DNA from: Halarcobacter sp.
GTDB taxonomy: Bacteria > Campylobacterota > Campylobacteria > Campylobacterales > Arcobacteraceae
Direction of reading: 5' to 3'
DNA length: 64,000 nt
NCBI GenBank assembly: GCA_048571215.1
Contig: CP182352.1
Location: 1,184,001-1,248,000 of the forward strand
Position numbers and translations under genes: made by a program. Below, piece by piece: positions 59,973 to 64,000 of this stretch. The first letter of the stretch is position 1; every line of letters begins with the position of its first letter. Under the pieces are notes generated by a model, which did no database searches, was not told where the DNA came from, and saw nothing but the letters and a program-made list of their open reading frames with translations.

Positions 59973-61187
59973 ATGAGAAATTTTATAACTTATTCTAAAT
60001 CATTAAACATTATAAATAACTTTGAATTCAAAGCAAAAACTAAGGAAAAAGTATTTGTATCAAATAGTATTGATAGAATCGTAGCTGACGATATTATTGC
60101 GGTTGAAAATTCACCAATCTATCCAACATCATCAATGGATGGTTATGCAATAAGATTTGATGATCAAAAACTAAAAACTTTAGAGATAATAGATAAAAAT
60201 CCTGCTGGAAGTGTATCTAATTCAATAGTAGAAAAAGGTACAACTATCAAAACTTTTACTGGTTCTTTAATCCCAGAAGGTAGTGATACTTTAATTCCAA
60301 TTGAAAAAGTTGAAGTTATTGATAATAAAATTAAGATTCTTGAAGAGGTGCCTAAAGCTTATGCGATTAGAGAGGTAGGTGAAAACTACAAAGTAAATGA
60401 GATTTTAATTAAGAAAGGTCAACTTCTAAGTTTTGCTCATATTGGTGTAATGGCTTCTTTAAATATCTCACAAGTTAATGTATATACTAAAGCAACAGTA
60501 GCAATAGCAAGTACAGGAAGTGAGATTTTAGATTTGGGAGATATTCAAACTAATGAATCTCAAATTAGAAGTTCTAATCATATAACTATAGAAGCTTTAG
60601 CAAAAAAAGCGGGTGCAAATGTTCTTCAAATGGGTGTAGTAAAAGATGATATGGATTCAATCACAAATCTTTTAGAAAATGGCTTAGCAAAAGCTGATAT
60701 AGTTGTTACAACTGGTGGAGTATCTGTTGGAGATTATGATTTTGTACAAGATGTGGTAAAAAAAAGACTCAATGCAGAACTTTTATTTCATGGAGTTTTA
60801 ATAAAGCCAGGGATGCATATACTTGTAGCTAAAAAAGATGGAAAGATTATTTTATCTTTGCCAGGGTTTGCTTATTCTTCAACTGTATGTGCAATCTTGT
60901 ATCTATTACCTTTAATATATAAGTATAACAATAGTGATAAAAAACTACCAATAGTTGATGCAATTATTGATGAAGATCTAACTAATAAAACAAATAAACT
61001 CTCTTTTATAGCAGCTAATGTTAGATATAAAGAGGGAAAATATTTGGTTGATTTAGAAGATAAAAAGAAAGGTTCTAGTGCAATACTAACTAATCTTCTT
61101 GGAAATACAGCCCTAATAATTGCAGAAGCCTCAAAAGAGTATAAAAAAGGTGACACCCTTCAAATACTACTTTTAAACCAATTGTAG
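59973..61187 (+). CDS. moeA: Molybdopterin molybdotransferase
   Basis: SSMDGYA, STGSE, TTGGVSVGDYD, IKPG, LPG. Confidence 0.95.
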   Translation: MRNFITYSKSLNIINNFEFKAKTKEKVFVSNSIDRIVADDIIAVENSPIYPTSSMDGYAIRFDDQKLKTLEIIDKNPAGSVSNSIVEKGTTIKTFTGSLIPEGSDTLIPIEKVEVIDNKIKILEEVPKAYAIREVGENYKVNEILIKKGQLLSFAHIGVMASLNISQVNVYTKATVAIASTGSEILDLGDIQTNESQIRSSNHITIEALAKKAGANVLQMGVVKDDMDSITNLLENGLAKADIVVTTGGVSVGDYDFVQDVVKKRLNAELLFHGVLIKPGMHILVAKKDGKIILSLPGFAYSSTVCAILYLLPLIYKYNNSDKKLPIVDAIIDEDLTNKTNKLSFIAANVRYKEGKYLVDLEDKKKGSSAILTNLLGNTALIIAEASKEYKKGDTLQILLLNQL

Positions 61188-61195
61188 AAAATATT

Positions 61196-62095
61196 ATGAC
61201 TAGTAATATAAAGATATATTTTTTTTTAGCACTTTGTGTATTGTTTTGGTCTGGTAACTTTGTTATTGGTAGGTTTATAAGTGGTGGAGTTGAACCCTTA
61301 GAGTTGGCATTTTTTAGATGGTTATTTGTTTGTATCTTTTTATTGCCTAGTTTATTGTTTTTAGACTTAAAAAAAATATTTAATTATTTAAAAACTAATC
61401 TACTTTTTTTTATTCTTATCTCTTTTCTTGGTATAACACTATTTAATACTATTGTATATATAGCTTTACAAAGTACAAAAGCTACTAATGCTTTGCTTAT
61501 TAATTCTATTGTTCCAATTTTGATACTAATATTATCTTTTTTGATACTAAAAACAAAAATTACAAAAATACAAGTTGGTGGGATAGTATTATCAACTATT
61601 GGTGTAGTGTTTTTAGTATTAAAAGGAGATTTCTTTAAAATATTTGAAATCGAATTTAATAAAGGTGATTTATGGATTTTGCTTAGTTCAACAGTTTGGG
61701 CTTTATATTCTGTTGTTCTAAAATTTAAACCTAAAGGAATTAAACACTTGGAGTTATTTGTAATAATAGTTTATTTAGGTTTTTTATTACTTCTTCCTTG
61801 GTATTTATCTCAAGGGTTTACTTTAGAAAAAGAGATTATGATATTTAAACAAAACTGGTATTTTTTCATTTATGTATCATTTTTTGCATCATTATTATCT
61901 TTTTATTTTTGGCATATGGGTATTGAAAATATTGGAGCAGAAAGAACTGGACAGTTTACTCATCTAATGCCTATTTTTGGAGCAATATTAGCATATATAT
62001 TTTTAGATGAAAGGTTAGAATATTATCATATTATAGGTGCATTACTTATAGGTTTTGGTATATATTTATCTTTATTTTTAAAAAAAGTTGATTGA
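61196..62095 (+). CDS. EamA/DMT family transporter
   Basis: FWSGNFV, about ten TM helices in two repeats. Confidence 0.9.
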   Translation: MTSNIKIYFFLALCVLFWSGNFVIGRFISGGVEPLELAFFRWLFVCIFLLPSLLFLDLKKIFNYLKTNLLFFILISFLGITLFNTIVYIALQSTKATNALLINSIVPILILILSFLILKTKITKIQVGGIVLSTIGVVFLVLKGDFFKIFEIEFNKGDLWILLSSTVWALYSVVLKFKPKGIKHLELFVIIVYLGFLLLLPWYLSQGFTLEKEIMIFKQNWYFFIYVSFFASLLSFYFWHMGIENIGAERTGQFTHLMPIFGAILAYIFLDERLEYYHIIGALLIGFGIYLSLFLKKVD

Positions 62096-62116
62096 TAAAT
62101 CTATTTTATTACTCTT

Positions 62117-62152
62117 ATAAAACTATCTTTATTATTTAAAAGATAGTTTTAT
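62117..62152. terminator. Hairpin between convergent genes
   Basis: ATAAAACTATCTTT...AAAGATAGTTTTAT inverted repeat. Confidence 0.65.
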
Positions 62153-63321
62153 TTTCCACAACAAGAACTTTCGCTTGAACAACAACTTTGTTTTTTATTT
62201 AAAAATGGTTTTAATAGATAATAAAAGATTAAAGCTATTAGAACAATTGATGAAACTCTATTTAATATAGAAACTTCTTCTACTTTAGATGATAGTGATA
62301 AAATTTCTAAGTTTGCAAAAGTCATATCAAAAAGAAATCCAAAGACAAGTGAAAGTATAGCAATAGTAGATACATAAATTATTAAAGAGGTTCTTCCTAA
62401 CATTTTATACACTATACTCATGGTAACAGCACTTGTTGCAGGACCTGCAGTTAAAAATATAAAAGCAGCCCCTGCACTCATACCTTGTAACATAAATGCT
62501 GCTGCTATTGGCAATGAAGCTGTTGCACAAGTATATAAAGGAATTGCAAAAATTAATATCACAAAATATGTTAAATATTGATTTTCAAAAAGAAGCGTTG
62601 AGTACTCTTTGGGAACAAAGCTTGTAAATAATGCACCTAAGATTAGTCCTATAGCTAAAGCTTTGACCATATCTGAAAAAAGTGTTACATAAGCGTATGT
62701 GAATACAGCTTTGATAGAAAAAGATTTTTTTTCATTTGAAGAGCAACAAGAACTTGAAGCAGTTGAACTACAACAACTACTCTCTTTCTCTTCAATAGGT
62801 TTTGTGGTAAAAAACTGTGGTTTTACCTCTTCTTTTTTTTCACTAGAAGAGCAACAACTAGATGTAGAACTACAGCAACTTTTCTCTTGCACTATATCTT
62901 CATTGTTTTTATTTTCTACAAAGTTTTGAATAAGTCCCACAATAATAGCAATAATGACGGAACTAACTATTCTAAAAATTGTAAAAATCAAGCCAAAAAA
63001 TGAAAAGGTTGCAAGAATTGAATCAACACCTGTAATTGGTGTAGAGATTAAAAAACTTTGTACAGCACCTTTACTTGCACCCTCTTTTCTTAAGCCTTGT
63101 GCTATTGGTATAACAGAACAAGAACAAACAGGAAGTGGTATCCCAAATATAGTTGCTTTTATAACTGAACCTGTAGAATCCTTCCCCAGATTTTTTGATA
63201 CAAAATCATCGGGGATTAGTTGTTTTAATATTCCTGCAAAAAAAAGCCCAACAATAATATATATTGACATGGCATCTGTTAGTAGAAAAAAGTTTTTTAT
63301 AAATTCATTTAAATATTCCAT
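62149..63321 (-). CDS. DUF318/ArsP-related metal permease with Cys-Cys-rich loops
   Basis: GIPLPVCSCSVIP, FLISTP, PLYTCATAS, FLTAGPAT; six CC pairs. Confidence 0.85.
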   Translation of the reverse strand: MEYLNEFIKNFFLLTDAMSIYIIVGLFFAGILKQLIPDDFVSKNLGKDSTGSVIKATIFGIPLPVCSCSVIPIAQGLRKEGASKGAVQSFLISTPITGVDSILATFSFFGLIFTIFRIVSSVIIAIIVGLIQNFVENKNNEDIVQEKSCCSSTSSCCSSSEKKEEVKPQFFTTKPIEEKESSCCSSTASSSCCSSNEKKSFSIKAVFTYAYVTLFSDMVKALAIGLILGALFTSFVPKEYSTLLFENQYLTYFVILIFAIPLYTCATASLPIAAAFMLQGMSAGAAFIFLTAGPATSAVTMSIVYKMLGRTSLIIYVSTIAILSLVFGFLFDMTFANLEILSLSSKVEEVSILNRVSSIVLIALIFYYLLKPFLNKKQSCCSSESSCCGK

Positions 63322-63324
63322 AAT

Positions 63325-64000
63325 TTACTCTTCTAGGTATTTTTTATTATCTATTCTTTTTTTGGCTTTAATTCCTAGTTCAATAAACTCTTCACTTCGT
63401 CTAAGTAAATTTCCTTTACCAGTGGATAGTTTATTTAAAGCATCATCATATGCCTTTTGACTTCTTGCAATATTTGTACCTATTGCCTCTATATCAGTTA
63501 CAAAGCCTGCAAACTTATCATATAAATCTGCTGCTTTTTTAGAGATAAGTAAGGCATTTTCATTTTGGTGTTCATATCTCCAAATATTTTCTATGGTTCT
63601 AAGTGTTGCAAAAAGTGTTGATGGAGATACCAGCATAATATTGCTTTCAAAAGCTGTTTTAAATAGATGATTGTCTTTTGATGCTGCAAGCATAAAAGCA
63701 CCCTCTATAGGGATAAACATAATTACGAAATCTAAAGTTTTTACTTCATCTATATTTTCGTAACTTTTTTGGCTAAGTTGCTTGATATGTGTGTAGATTG
63801 ATTTTATTAACTCTTTTTGGGCTTGCTCTTTTTCTAAAACCTCTTCACTTTCATTATATCTAATATATGCAGTTAGTGATACTTTTGAATCTATAACTAT
63901 ATCTTTATCTTGTGGAAGATGTACAATAACATCAGGTCTTAGTCTTTTCCCTTGTTCATCGGTATAAGAACCTTGTGTTGAGTACTCTATACCCTCTCTT
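63325..64000 (-). CDS. rmuC: DNA recombination protein RmuC, 3' part (5' end outside window)
   Basis: Manual extension: RLRPDVIVHLP...IDSKVS, DFVIMFIPIE, LVSPSTL, GKGNL. Confidence 0.92.
   Translation of the reverse strand, partial: REGIEYSTQGSYTDEQGKRLRPDVIVHLPQDKDIVIDSKVSLTAYIRYNESEEVLEKEQAQKELIKSIYTHIKQLSQKSYENIDEVKTLDFVIMFIPIEGAFMLAASKDNHLFKTAFESNIMLVSPSTLFATLRTIENIWRYEHQNENALLISKKAADLYDKFAGFVTDIEAIGTNIARSQKAYDDALNKLSTGKGNLLRRSEEFIELGIKAKKRIDNKKYLEE

Noticed and set aside
2308..61156. Other 60-125 aa ORFs nested in or antisense to identified genes
   Set aside because: Overlap well-supported genes and show no recognisable motifs
62699..63460. 76-aa and 168-aa plus-strand ORFs with EEQQ/LQQL repeats
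   Set aside because: Antisense to the permease; the repeats mirror its Cys/Ser codons

Overview
Low-GC Campylobacterota chromosome segment, most consistent with Arcobacteraceae (hobA, xerH, mqnC, purD-linked 6S RNA and a cheD-containing chemotaxis operon support this). 1-44 kb is mostly core genome: mqnC, bamA, tyrA, folP-holB-hobA-lysC-rppH, hemW-prmC-prlC, xerH, cheY-A-R-D-B, purD-lptD-pnp, der, hpf, ftsK, lpxD, ilvIH, ppx, pssA, trxC, pagL and ttcA. 45-61 kb is an extended sulfur-oxidation region. It holds soxCDXYZA, a lipoprotein, a rhodanese, soxB, a cytochrome c/thioredoxin fusion, MOSC, DsrE and hydrolase genes. It is flanked by a heme-c sensor kinase, a degenerate HD-GYP protein, a second rhodanese and a divergent moeA. 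Features missing from the ORF track: a difH-like site abutting the xerH promoter (probable replication terminus), a 6S RNA, an exact 187-bp tandem duplication, a likely ATA/ATT start for ftsK, and four GF(F/Y)-acidic repeats in CheA where the P2 domain normally lies. No CRISPR, rRNA, tRNA, IS or prophage was seen. All calls are by motif recognition; no searches were run.
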